This document shows, one piece after another, positions 1 to 10,831 of a stretch of DNA of 64,000 bases. Below the pieces are notes generated by a model. The model was not told the origin of the DNA and did no database searches. It saw only the letters and a list, made by a program, of their open reading frames with translations. The stretch comes from an uncultured Planctomycetota bacterium (GTDB taxonomy: Bacteria > Planctomycetota > Planctomycetia > Isosphaerales > Isosphaeraceae), in assembly GCA_963845755.1 (NCBI GenBank), contig CAWJTV010000005.1, positions 320,001 through 384,000 of the forward strand, written 5' to 3'. Numbering within the stretch: position 1 is the stretch's first letter; the number at the start of each line of letters is the position of its first letter. The position numbers were made by a program, and so were the translations under genes.

Positions 1-111
1 CGAAGGACTTCGATACCGAGCCTGAATCGTGGACCATCGTCCATGGCCCGGATTCCTTGTTCTTGATATGAGGGCAGACCGGGCGCGAGCTGGGACGGAG
101 CGACGGTACCC

Positions 112-657
112 ATGGAGAAACTCGATCAGGATCGGAACTCGACCGAGAGACCCACTCACCCCGCAGCCCTCGATCCCGCGGTGCTGGCCGGGGAATGTGA
201 GTTCCGGGCCACGCGCCGATCGGGGCCCGGCGGCCAGAATCGGAACAAGGTCGAGACGGCGGTAATCCTGACCCATCGGCCGACGGGCATCCGCGCCGAG
301 GCGTCGGAACGGCGAACTCAGGGCGAGAATCGTGCAGCAGCCTTGTTTCGCCTGCGGATCGAATTGGCCCTGAGCATCCGCCGGCCCATCGCCGAAGTGA
401 AGTTTCGCCCGAGCAAACTCTGGCAAGGACGCTGTCGGAGCGGACGCATCGTCGTGAATCCCGAGCACGAGGACTTTCCTGCACTTCTGGCAGAGGCGCT
501 CGATGTCCTGCAGGCCGTCGTGGATGAGCCACGTGATGCGGCCGCGGTGCTAGGCTGCTCGCCGTCTCAGTTGATCAAACTGTTGAAAGAAGAACCCCGC
601 GCGTGGGTTCACCTCAACACACGACGCCGACACGCCGGACGGCATCCTCTCCATTAA
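112..657 (+). CDS. Peptide chain release factor-like protein (RF-1 GGQ domain plus helical C-terminal domain)
   Basis: RRSGPGGQNRNKVETAV...H.PTGI...SE.R.Q..NR motif of class I RF/ArfB/PrfH peptidyl-tRNA hydrolase domains; only 181 aa. Confidence 0.85.
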   Translation: MEKLDQDRNSTERPTHPAALDPAVLAGECEFRATRRSGPGGQNRNKVETAVILTHRPTGIRAEASERRTQGENRAAALFRLRIELALSIRRPIAEVKFRPSKLWQGRCRSGRIVVNPEHEDFPALLAEALDVLQAVVDEPRDAAAVLGCSPSQLIKLLKEEPRAWVHLNTRRRHAGRHPLH

Positions 658-764
658 TCGAAGGAGCTGCGAGTTGCGAGTGGAAACCTTGCTGGTGGCA
701 TCCGTTAACTGACTCGCAACTCGCCGTTCGCCGTGCGGTGACAGGCTCGCGCCCGGCGCTGGTT

Positions 765-1149
765 TTACACGGGCTCGTTAGTGGCCGGAGCCGACAGCGC
801 AGTCAGCTCCTCGGCGCTCAGATCTTCGAAGGCGCAGTCCTTGTCGCTCCAAACCATCCTTGAGTCGCAGGGCGATTTCTCCAAGTTCGGGCGAATCGAT
901 CACGGCGGCCAGCTCGGCGAGCTCGGCCGGATCGAGGTCTCCCAGTTGCCGCCCCCACCGTGTGAGCTGCTGTTCCATCCGCAAGGCGGTTTCTTGGAGC
1001 TCGGCGTGAGTTTCGGCGGATCCGCCGAAGATCAGGCACTGGTCTCCGCGAGTCAAGCGGTTGTGGTCGTCGGCGTTGTCGAGGCCAAAACCGATCAGCG
1101 CGGCTCGGAGTCGGCGCGGCCGCGGGGTGGATTGCTGCGTCAGCGTCAT
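765..1149 (-). CDS. Small hypothetical protein, probably frameshifted near 840
   Basis: MTLTQQ...LIGFGLDNADDHNRLTRGDQCLIFGGSAETHAELQE looks protein-like; another frame gives AFEDLSAEELTAL...EPV*, echoing upstream LGDLDPAELAEL. Confidence 0.6.
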
Positions 1150-1329
1150 CGCGCAGTGGGCCTTTCTCTTGGGAGGTGCCGGAATCAACTGGCGTGCGAG
1201 CCGACCCTCGACCCGGACCACCGGCTCGGCCGGCTCGCCACGCGATTGTCTTATCGGATTCTCCCCGGCCCTCGAACAGCGCAGGTCGCGAGAATACCCT
1301 CTCGGCGAGGGTGGCGACCGGCAACGGTC

Positions 1330-1536
1330 TTACGATCCGCCCAGGCATTCCTTCGCGACGTTGCGGGCGACGCGATAAGCGGCCTTGATCGTGATCCCGC
1401 GGGCCTCGATCTGTTCCTCGCCGAAGAGCCGGCCCTCACTGGTGGGCAGCCCGGCAAGTGAAATGGTTAGTGGAAGTAAGTCGAGAAATTGCCGATACTT
1501 CTGTTGCAGATCAGCGGCGACTTGTTGATCGGCCAC
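1330..1536 (-). CDS. 68-aa hypothetical protein
   Basis: GAGGAG Shine-Dalgarno just upstream of GTG start; globular amphipathic composition. Confidence 0.7.
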   Translation of the reverse strand: MADQQVAADLQQKYRQFLDLLPLTISLAGLPTSEGRLFGEEQIEARGITIKAAYRVARNVAKECLGGS

Positions 1537-1845
1537 GGGTTTGGCTCCTCATTCCGTCGGTTCCAGGGAACGGGTTTTCTCGGGGAGGTCATTCGATCGG
1601 ATCGACTCGCGCCTGCAGCGGTAGGGCTCTCCGAGGACGGGATGAAACCTTATCGCTCAACGAGCCGTCTCAACCGACCGAATCCTCCTGTTAGACAGTC
1701 AGCGCGCCGGCCGGCATCGGAGCAAGACTCCGGGGCATTTTCGCGGCGATGTGAGCCGACTGACGTCTCTCCTACTCCCAAGGTCCCTCAAGTCAGTTCA
1801 CGAGTCAGAAAAAGTGAACCAACCCAAGAATCGGCCATATTCGCT

Positions 1846-1874
1846 TTGACGAACCCGGGTTAAACGGATAGGAT
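1846..1874 (+). promoter_or_regulatory. Putative sigma70 promoter for the DEAD-box helicase
   Basis: TTGACG-17 bp-TAGGAT. Confidence 0.55.
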
Positions 1875-2145
1875 GAGATGAGCTATTACGTTGTTGCCAA
1901 AATCAGGATGGGCCAACGCGACGGGTTCCGCTCCAAGACGGGCGCTACCCGAGGTACGGCCCCCCGATGATCCCGGTTGGAAGGATCGAACCGCACATCC
2001 GCGGTTCTCCTCACAGGCCCGATCGGCTCCAACCGGTCCAGGACGGGATGACCACCCGGCACCGTTTCATCGGGCTCACGGCCTGATCCACGCTCATCAC
2101 ACAGTCGGTCAGACGGATTCTCAGACAATGTTCTCGGAGGGTTGA

Positions 2146-3372
2146 TTGATTCGTCGAGTTGAAGCGGAACCCGCGACGGGGTTCCTGTCAATGGACCTGA
2201 GCCCGGCCACACTCCGGGCTCTCAAAGACGCCCGATACCTGCAGCCTACTCCCATCCAAGCGGCTTTTATTCCCAAAGCGCTCGATGGCCTTGACGTCAT
2301 CGGCCAAGCCAAGACGGGTACGGGCAAGACCGCGGCCTTCGGCATCCCGATCCTTGAGATGCTCGAGACGCGAGGGCGCGGGCCCCAGGCCATCATCCTG
2401 GCCCCAACCCGCGAGCTAACTCAGCAGATTGTAGGCGAGCTGAAGAAGCTCGCTATCGGCCGGCCGATCGCCGTGTGCGGCGTATTCGGCGGCGAACCGA
2501 TAGAGCGGCAGATTCGGGCTCTCCACCAAGGTGTCAACCTGGTTGTTGGCACGCCCGGCCGCGTCCTCGATCACATGCAGCGGCGGACGCTCTATCTCAA
2601 AGATATAGTCCACGTGGTTCTTGACGAGGCCGATCGGATGCTCGACATTGGATTCCGGCCCGACATCGAGCGAATCCTCCGCCAGCTTCCGACTCCTCGC
2701 CAGACGATGCTCTTGTCGGCCACGATCAACGCCGACGTGCTCCGGCTGTCCCAACGCTACATGTACGATCCACTCGAGCTCAACCTGTCACGTGACGAGC
2801 CCTCGGTGGAGACGATCAAGCAATTCTATGTCTCGGTGAACGCGGATCGGAAGATGGATCTGCTATTTCACCTCCTCAAACGGGACCGCCCGCGGCAGTG
2901 CATCATCTTCACGCGCACCAAGCGCGGCGCCGATCGGCTCGCCGATCGTCTGCGCCGGTCATTCTCCGGCGTTGCGGCGATCCACGGCGATCTCCCGCAG
3001 ACCAACCGTGACCGCGTGATGCGCGGGTTCCGCACCGGCGAGATCACGGTGCTGGTGGCGACCGACGTCGTCGGAAGGGGCATCGATGTCGAAGGCATCA
3101 GCCATGTAATTAACTACGATATCCCTGACGACCCGGAGAACTACGTCCATCGGATCGGCCGGACAGGCCGCATGGGTAAGGACGGCATCGCTTATCTCTT
3201 CGTCTGCCCCGACCAGGGGGAGCCGCTCACGGCGATCGAGAACCTCACGAACAAGATCATCACGCCCTTGCAACTGGAAGGCTTCGAGACCGCCCGGCCG
3301 AGAGTGCAGCCGGCGGCCCGCGAGCTGTTCAATACGGCGGTGACCCGGATGCCCGCTCTGGCGATGCGCTAG
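2146..3372 (+). CDS. DEAD-box RNA helicase
   Basis: Q motif PTPIQ, GTGKT, PTREL, TPGR, DEAD, SAT, TDVVGRGID, HRIGRTGR; GGAGG RBS before TTG. Confidence 0.95.
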   Translation: MIRRVEAEPATGFLSMDLSPATLRALKDARYLQPTPIQAAFIPKALDGLDVIGQAKTGTGKTAAFGIPILEMLETRGRGPQAIILAPTRELTQQIVGELKKLAIGRPIAVCGVFGGEPIERQIRALHQGVNLVVGTPGRVLDHMQRRTLYLKDIVHVVLDEADRMLDIGFRPDIERILRQLPTPRQTMLLSATINADVLRLSQRYMYDPLELNLSRDEPSVETIKQFYVSVNADRKMDLLFHLLKRDRPRQCIIFTRTKRGADRLADRLRRSFSGVAAIHGDLPQTNRDRVMRGFRTGEITVLVATDVVGRGIDVEGISHVINYDIPDDPENYVHRIGRTGRMGKDGIAYLFVCPDQGEPLTAIENLTNKIITPLQLEGFETARPRVQPAARELFNTAVTRMPALAMR

Positions 3373-4739
3373 CAGCCAACAGGGAAATCGGAAGACGACG
3401 CGACATTCGGCTTCGCCCGAGGGCTGAGAACAACCCTCGGGCGTCGTCGCGCAATCGGTTCGGGTCGTCCTCCGGAGGAGCAGGCGCATCACGATAAAGC
3501 ATCCCATCGCACCGATCGGCAAGCTGTGCCGCCTGTAGAGCGAGCTCGTCGGAGCCTGTGCAACTCGCGACACCCAGCCGCGCTTCCTCCGGCGTGAGTG
3601 CACCTGGGGGGCGTCCCACGCCGATCTCCAGGTACCGGATCAGGCCCGAGTTGAGATCTTGCGCGAGTGTCACTCCTGGCGGCGTCGCATCGCGGTTTGC
3701 GATCAGGGGGATCGAACGGAGTCGAACGGGCCAACCTGGCGGCATATCGCCGGGCCGCAGCCGGGCCATGGAGTCGACGATCCTTGGTGCGACGACGTAC
3801 ACGCACCAGACCTATCGCCACGCCTATCAGCAGGACCGTGGAACCAATCCAAGCTGTCCACATGCTAACATTCGTATTGCGCGAAGTGGCACCGGGCTCA
3901 CCGGGATCGAAACCCGCCTGATCGAATGTCGGCACCGCGACGACCCGGACCGCCACGCCTGGCGTGACCTGGGTGATGTAGCGCGAGGAAGCCGGGTCGA
4001 ACGACGCGATCGCGACTGGAGGGAGCACCGCCTCGCCTGGCCGGGACGGCCGGAGCCGGTAGAAGAATCTCCGCGCCGGCGGATTCGTGGCCAGATCAGT
4101 GGGCTTCGGCTCGATACGCAAACCGATCGGGAGACCGTCGAACCGCTTCAACTTCGGGCGATCGACCATGCCCCAGGCCGCCTGCCCGCTGACCGTGATT
4201 CGATACTCCAGTTCCTGGCCCACTCGGAGGACCTTCGGCTCAGCGGTTGCCTCGAGTGCAAATCGGCCGACGCCGCCAAGAAACTCTGCCGGGCGCCCTT
4301 CCACGGGCACTGGACGGATCGTGAGCCTGAAAGGCCGACTACGCCCCGACTGTTCCCGGAGCCGTGCACGAATTGCGGGGATTTCCAGAGGCCCCGATCG
4401 CCGGGGCACCACGCAAAACCGGCTGACGAACAAGTTCGACTCGGACATCGTCCCGCCGATCCCGCTAATGCTGAGAGGTTTCAAGCCGTTGTCGATCGGC
4501 CATATTTCCGCGCCTGCGATCGACGGCGGATCCACTTCGGGCCTCTGATCGGCGCCAACCACTCCGACGATAACCTCCATGGCCTGCCCGACAAAATGGA
4601 TCCCCGGCGCGACCTCCACGCGAATGCGCAAGTCATCCGACTCTCGCCCCCCGACAGTACCGACGAGAAGAACCCAGATGCCCAAGAGACTTATCCAGTT
4701 GACGCCGCGTCTCGGCAATCTGGACGCAGAACACTTCAC
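3329..4739 (-). CDS. batD: BatD-family protein (frameshift near 3700-3790; both ends approximate)
   Basis: Signal peptide, Ig-like strands, F.GGVGRF.L...VGQ BatD-type segment, TM helix; C-terminus LTPEEA...ADRCD...Y in another frame; VWA bat genes nearby. Confidence 0.7.
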
Positions 4740-4821
4740 CGTTTCTCTGTTGCCAAGGTGGGAATTGTGGTCAACTTGGACGAAGATCCCTCCCTGCAAA
4801 GCCTCGCCTTCCCCACAGCGA

Positions 4822-4974
4822 TCAGTGTCTTCCACCGGCCGTCTCATGATTGATCCCGAACAACGGGAAAGAATTCACGACACTTTGATAGACCCCCCAT
4901 CCGAGCGGCATGGTCACGATGAACCAGGCCAGCACAACCACAAGGGGCGACGTCTTCTTCGCGGGGCTCTCCAT
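4822..4974 (-). CDS. Small membrane protein accompanying the OFA MFS transporter
   Basis: LAWFIVTMPLGWGVYQS single-TM pattern directly downstream of the OFA-type MFS. Confidence 0.65.
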   Translation of the reverse strand: MESPAKKTSPLVVVLAWFIVTMPLGWGVYQSVVNSFPLFGINHETAGGRH

Positions 4975-5009
4975 GGATTGTCTCGATTCCAGATCGAGTC
5001 GATTCTTGA

Positions 5010-6395
5010 TCAAACCTTGGCGGGCTGGCGATCGGCGATAGTCGGCTCACGATGATGATGACGCTCGGCGACGGGGCCGACCAGGAGGTTGCAGATGAAT
5101 CCGGCCAGTAGGAAGCCCGACATCAGGTACATCGTCGAATGATACGCCTCGGACCTCGGCACTCCGTGGTCGATCTGGTACGTCGAGATGTAGTTGATCG
5201 ACTGGGGGCCGAGGACCGCCGCCACCGACCAGGCGGTGATTAACCGGCCGTGGATCGCGCCCAGGTGCATGGTGCCGAACAGGTCGCGCAGATACGCAGG
5301 TATGGTCGCGAAGCCGCCGCCATACATCGAGATGATGACTGCGGTAACCAGGACGAACGACGTCACATTCTGCAATTTCTGGGCCAGCGGGATGAGTGCG
5401 TAGAGCGCGGCTCCGAGAAGAAAGAAGACGCAATAGATTGACTTGCGTCCGGTCAGGTCCGACGACGAGGCCCAGAAAAAGCGCCCACCCATGTTGAAGA
5501 GGCTGAGCAGGCCGGCGAATCCGGCGCCGACGGCCGCCGTCGTGCCGAACATGTGCTGGCACATCAGTGACGCCTGGCCGAGGATGCCGATCCCGGCCGT
5601 GACGTTCAGGCACAGGACGGCCCAAAGGAGCCAGAACTGGGGGGTCTTCCAGGCCACATCGACCGCGACCTCGGCATGAGTGACCAACTTCCTGGGCCGG
5701 GATGGGGGCGTGTAACCCTCGGGTCGCCATCCCGGCGCCGGCACACGGACGAGAAACGCGCCGAAGATCATGAAGGCAAAGTAGACGAAGCCCATCACCA
5801 GGAACGCCTCTTTCACTCCGACCGACGTGGACGACTGGAACCGGCTCATGAGCTCCATGCCCAGCGGTGAGCCGACCAGGGCGCCGCCGCCGAATCCCAT
5901 GATGGCCATGCCGGTCGCCATGCCCGGACGGTCGGGGAACCACTTGACCAGCGTCGACACCGGCGCGATGTAGCCGAGGCCCAGGCCGATGCCGCCGATA
6001 ACGCCGTAACCCAGGTAGATGACCGAGAGCTTGTGCACTGCCACACCCAGGCTGGCGATCGCCAGTCCGCCGCAGAAGCAGCAGGCGCTGACGAACATCG
6101 TCTTTCGTGGCCCAACGCGTTCGACCCATCGGCCGAATAAGGCCGCCGAGAGTCCGAGCATGATCAGTGCGATCGAGTAGATCCAGCCGACCTGGGGAAT
6201 AGTCCAGTCCTGCCCCTTGATGGATCGGGTGATGCCGACGATACGCGTCAGCGGACCGTTAAACACGCTGAACCCGTAGATTTCACCGATGCAGAGGTGG
6301 ACGGCCAGCGCGGCGGGCGGGATTAGCCATCGGCTGAAACTCGGCAGTGCGATGGTTCGGTCGCGATCGAGGATATTCAGGTGTCGCATGGCCAT
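5010..6395 (-). CDS. OFA-family (oxalate/formate antiporter-like) MFS transporter
   Basis: AVHLCIGEIYGFSVF, KWFPDRPGMATG, YGGGFATIPAYLRDLFG; about 12 TM helices. Confidence 0.9.
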   Translation of the reverse strand: MAMRHLNILDRDRTIALPSFSRWLIPPAALAVHLCIGEIYGFSVFNGPLTRIVGITRSIKGQDWTIPQVGWIYSIALIMLGLSAALFGRWVERVGPRKTMFVSACCFCGGLAIASLGVAVHKLSVIYLGYGVIGGIGLGLGYIAPVSTLVKWFPDRPGMATGMAIMGFGGGALVGSPLGMELMSRFQSSTSVGVKEAFLVMGFVYFAFMIFGAFLVRVPAPGWRPEGYTPPSRPRKLVTHAEVAVDVAWKTPQFWLLWAVLCLNVTAGIGILGQASLMCQHMFGTTAAVGAGFAGLLSLFNMGGRFFWASSSDLTGRKSIYCVFFLLGAALYALIPLAQKLQNVTSFVLVTAVIISMYGGGFATIPAYLRDLFGTMHLGAIHGRLITAWSVAAVLGPQSINYISTYQIDHGVPRSEAYHSTMYLMSGFLLAGFICNLLVGPVAERHHHREPTIADRQPAKV

Positions 6396-6420
6396 CCACC
6401 GGCGATGGGGACGAAGCCTT

Positions 6421-7350
6421 TCAAAGGGCGAGGTCGTCGAGGGTCGGAATTTCCGCCGCGTGACGGATTCGTCCAGCCCCCGTGTAAATGTTGAAGCGGT
6501 CCTGGCGGACGAAGCCAACCACGGTCATCCCGTACTCGCGCGCCAGGTCAACCGCCAGGGTTGAACGGCGCGCCGACGGCCGCCAGGATTGGTATACCGG
6601 CGACGGCTGCCTTCTGCACCAGTTCGAAGCTTGCGCGACCGCTCACAAGCAGGACGTTCTGAGACAGTTGCGTCTGTCCCCTCAGGAACTGGGAACCAAT
6701 GAGCTTATCCAGGGCATTGTGCCGGCCGACGTCCTCGCGCATATCCAGCAGCTTGCCACGGATATCAAAGAGCGCCGAGGCATGCAGACCGCCGGTCCGC
6801 TCGAATACGGCCTGAGTCGAGCGCAATGTCTCCGGCAATCCGTGGATCACCGACGATTCGAGGATCGGTTGGCAGTCGGCAATCCGGACCGGGCAGGTGA
6901 CCCGCACCGCAGCCAGGGAGACTTTGCCGCAGACGCCGCAACTTGAGGACGTATAAAAATGGCGCTCCAACCGGCCGAGATCCACGGCGATTCCGGGCTG
7001 AAGTTCCACACACACTGCGTTCTGCTGACGGTCCTCGCCGATACTGGTGACCTGCTCCGTGGCCTGAAGTATCCCCTCCGTAAACAAGAAACCGGCGGCC
7101 AGGTCCCGGTCGTGACCGGGCGTGCGCATTGTGATCGACACGCTGCGCGCTCGACGTGCCGGCCGTCCAGCTCGAAGCCGAGGCGGATCTCCAGCGGCTC
7201 CTCCACGGCCAACTCGTCCGATTGAACAGCCACTCCCGAACCGTGAATCCTGCATACGGCCACGGTGGCGACGCCAGGGTCGGAGAGCCGATTGAGCGTG
7301 TCAGGCTGATCCACGACGCTTTGCTCGCAAGGCATTGGAGTAAACGCCAT
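6421..7350 (-). CDS. fdhD: Formate dehydrogenase accessory sulfurtransferase FdhD (frameshifts near 7145 and 6565)
   Basis: AVEEPLEI, TMRTPGHD..LAAGFLFTEG, SSCGVCGK, TGGLHA, EDVGRHNALDK, SGRASFELVQK; C-terminal STLAVDLA...GFVR..RFNIY in another frame. Confidence 0.9.
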
Positions 7351-7635
7351 GGCCCATGTTAACGATTAGCGACGCACCGATCCAGTTGGTCCCGTCCAGT
7401 CTATCTGGGCCTCTGGGCCGGCCTTGAGGAAGGGCCATTGGTAATTCCTGAATGAACCATCAGGTTTGAGCCGACTACGCCGGGCTTGTGAAGCCGATCC
7501 GAACCGAGCCGTTTAGATCCGCCCTGAAAGACCCTCGGCATGTCGGCGGTTCCTCTCCGGATGCCAGAGCCGAGAGACGCATACCATTGGACAATCGGGC
7601 TGTTCTCAAACACCGCGCCAGAATCTGAATTCCCG

Positions 7636-9554
7636 TCACCAATCTCTGCGGTCAGCCGTCGCTGAGGCCGGTGGGGGCTCATCGGGTAGCCGTCGGCTCT
7701 GGGCGGCGCGGACAGACTCGAGCGCGGCGTTAAGCCGATCCTCGGGCGACTCGCCGGATGAATTTGGAGGCGTCGTGCGACCGCCCCCAGCCCCGCCGAA
7801 ACGTCGGCGGCTCCGTGGCGGTCGGTCGCGGCCGACCGCTTTGTCGGAGTCTTCCTCCCCGCCGGCCCCGTTGGTTGGCGGACCGGTTTCCGGCTCGTCC
7901 CCTTCGCCAGGTGTCTCGCCGCCATCGCGCCGATCGGGGGCGTTTCGACGGTCGGATTTGTGAGAGGCGGTGGGGTCGTCCGAGCCCTGCCCTTGGGGAA
8001 TCGAGGGAGACTGAGCTTGTCGGTTCGCAAAGTCGCGGTTGATCGCAGCGTCATGGCGGACAGAGTCCAGCTCTGCGCCGCGGGCCGTCGAGGCGATGCA
8101 TTCATCGTAAGAATGGATCGCGCCAGGGATGTCGCCCAGGGCCAGCGACGTGTTGCCAAGGGTATAGTCGATCTTGGTTTTCAAGGAGGAATCGGCGAGC
8201 TGGCGGGCCTCACGATACCGCTGGAGGGCCTCGTCGTAGCGCCCAAGCCGGAAGAGCACGGCAGCGGCATCGTAGGGTGGTACAGCCTCCTTGGGTGCCA
8301 GCCGCGCCGCCGATTCGAAGTGTGTCAGGGACTCGTCTAGCTTGCCGGCCTCATAAGCCGTCCGGCCCAACGCCACCAGTTCGGCCGCCGACTTCGATCG
8401 TTCGGCGTGGCCGGATGCCGGTGGTATCTGGAGGGTGAACATGGCCCTGAATTCTCGCCATTGACCGGGCGGCTGACCCGATCCAGTAACAGGTCCTACC
8501 AGGGCGATCATGAGCGAGACATGTCCCACGGACTTGGCTGACCTCCGCCACGGCCAGGTCCCCGGCCACAACCAGGCACCGCGCCACGACCACCCGCGGC
8601 CGGGCGGCCAGCACCCGGCGATCAAGCACGTGAGAGCGAGGGCCAGGAGTACAGGGAACCCTTCGGCGAGTTCGGAGATCCTCGGGATCTGCGCTCGCCG
8701 GCGCTCGGCCGGCTCGATCCGTGTCCGGTACAATTTGCCCAGGTCTCCCGAGGTCAATCCGAGGCGTATCATCGCTCCACCCGTCTCATGGGCGAGCGCC
8801 TCGAGCGGGGTATCGTTCCGCTTGGAGATGACCGGCTCACCGCGATAGACCAGTGGCTTGTCGCCCGCCCCCGAGGGCACCGGATGGCCATGGTCGGCAT
8901 CGCCGATGCTGACCGCGTGGACCACGATGTTCTGTTCGCGGAGCCGGTCCAGCCGGGAACGCCAACGATCATCGGCGAGGTCTTCGCCGTCGGAGAACAC
9001 CACGATGGACTGCCCCTGCGCGTGCTCGTCCGGTCCGATGGCCTCGAGTGCTGCGTCCAGCCCGGTGCCGAGGTCGGTACCGCCGGGCCGGACTGCCCCC
9101 GGCTTCAGGCGGCGAAGTGTGTCAATCACGTGACCGAGGTTCTCCGTCAACGGGCAGAGGAGCAGCCCGCGGCCCGCGAAGCCCACGACGGCCGCCCGAT
9201 CGTCCTGCGACCAACCCAGGGCGTTGACTAGTCCCTCGGCCGCTTCGACCGCCACCACTAACCGGTTCGGCACGGCGTCTTCCGTTCCCATACTCCGGCT
9301 TACGTCCATAACGAGAATCGCGTCGTGCCCCGGCGGACGCGGCGAACCGATGCGGCCCCACTTCGGTTGCGCCATGGCCACCGCCAGAAACGCGATCGCA
9401 CTGAGCCACCACAATGCGCCTCTCGCGGAGCACGGCCGCGCTGCGCCAGCGATTCCCAGGCGCACCGTCGCCTCAGCCGCGCCCGAATCGCCCACAGGAG
9501 GAGGATCGGCAGGACCGTCAAGAGCCAGAGTCTTTCGGGATGTACGAAGGTCAC
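7636..9554 (-). CDS. batB: BatB/BatC-like VWA + TPR fusion (frameshift near 9420)
   Basis: N-terminal TFVHPERLWLL, MIDAS DVSRSM, FAG...CPLT, GGTD, SDGED, TPR helices, low-complexity tail ending in DW. Confidence 0.8.
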
Positions 9555-9710
9555 TTGTGGTGGTGAGTCGTCAGTGGTCGGTGGTCGATCACTCGGTGTC
9601 GAATGGAGAACCAAACTCGGCGCCGCGACGGTAGCCCTTCGGTCTACCGAGTGGCGGGGTCGCGAGATCTCGTCACAACCTGCGAGATTCAGGTTTCTAT
9701 TCGGTTCTGC

Positions 9711-10718
9711 CTATGGCAAGCGCCGCAATCGCCCCTGCGACAAAAGCCGGTCCAGAATGAGCAGCGCCAGTGCGAACCCAGCCATCGGAGCAAAGTGTTC
9801 ATCATAACGGGTCAAGATGCGGCCGTGTATCGGACTCTTTTCCAGCTCGTCGATCCGGTTGAACACATCGGCGAGAGCATCGGCGTTAGCGGCGAGGAAG
9901 TCACTTCCGCCGGTGGTCTCGGCCAGTTGCTTCAACAGTGGGAGATCCGGCCCGGCGACTTCGGCGACGGCCGGCTGCTGAGTCTCGCGGTCGATGCCAT
10001 GAAGGACGCCGCCGATCCTGCCGATCGCGATCGTGTGTAGGACTACGCCCCAGTCACGGGCGATGCTGGCGGCCACGACCGGATCCACGGGTTTGGGATC
10101 GGAGACCGCAGGCTCGTTCTTACCGTCGGTCAAGAGGACCAGAACTTTTTTCCGGGGTTCTGTGTGGAGGACTGCATTGAGACCCTCGATGATCGCGCTG
10201 CCAATATCGGTCCCGTCACCACCCGGCCGCGCCGGTCGCAGCGCGAGGATGTGGCCAAGCACCGGTTCATGATCGGGCTTCGGCGGCCAGATCAGGTCGG
10301 GAAGTCCCGCGAAGGCGACCAGTCCAATCAGATCGTCGGGTCGGCCCTGGACGAACTTCGCGACCGTCCTCTTCGCCGCCTCGAGTCGCGAGATCAACCG
10401 GGTGTCGTGGTCGGACGGGAAGTCCACCGCCTTCATGCTCGAACTCTGGTCCACCATCACGACGATCGCGACTCCCTGCCCCGCGATCCGGGTCACGCCG
10501 CCCACGGTCTGCGGCCGTGCCAGCGCCACAGCCAGCCCGGCGATCGCCAGTCCTCGAAGGTATGCCGGCAACGCCCGGAGCGAGACGCAGCCGACCCGCA
10601 GCCGCTTCGGGAACCCCTCGAAGCCCGGCCAGTTGATCCTCGGACGCGATCGCTCCAGGATCCAGGGAAGTGGCATCACAGCCATCAACCAGAGCCAGGC
10701 GGGATGGACGAATTGCAT
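9711..10718 (-). CDS. batA: BatA-like VWA-domain membrane protein
   Basis: MQFVHPAWLWL, ALARPQ, DQSSSM, SRLEAAK, GTDIG, LLTDG, LAETTGG, IDELEKS. Confidence 0.85.
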   Translation of the reverse strand: MQFVHPAWLWLMAVMPLPWILERSRPRINWPGFEGFPKRLRVGCVSLRALPAYLRGLAIAGLAVALARPQTVGGVTRIAGQGVAIVVMVDQSSSMKAVDFPSDHDTRLISRLEAAKRTVAKFVQGRPDDLIGLVAFAGLPDLIWPPKPDHEPVLGHILALRPARPGGDGTDIGSAIIEGLNAVLHTEPRKKVLVLLTDGKNEPAVSDPKPVDPVVAASIARDWGVVLHTIAIGRIGGVLHGIDRETQQPAVAEVAGPDLPLLKQLAETTGGSDFLAANADALADVFNRIDELEKSPIHGRILTRYDEHFAPMAGFALALLILDRLLSQGRLRRLP

Positions 10719-10831
10719 GTCGCTCGCTCAGTAATCGTTGGTGAGTAATCAGAAAGGACAAGCCGAGGGACCCGCACGGAATCTAGAGCGATGCTCACGT
10801 CGAAATACTGCTATCACAAAGATAGCCACGC

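Noticed and set aside
6421..7350. Programmed frameshifting or pseudogene status for fdhD and other split genes
   Set aside because: Shifts are too widespread, and no consistent slippery motif was noticed; assembly error is the simpler explanation
7510..7575. Glycine-riboswitch-like words (GGAGAG...GCCGAGG...CTTTCAGG) on the minus strand upstream of fdhD
   Set aside because: No room for the P3 stems between GCCGAGG and CTTTCAGG, and P2 does not pair convincingly
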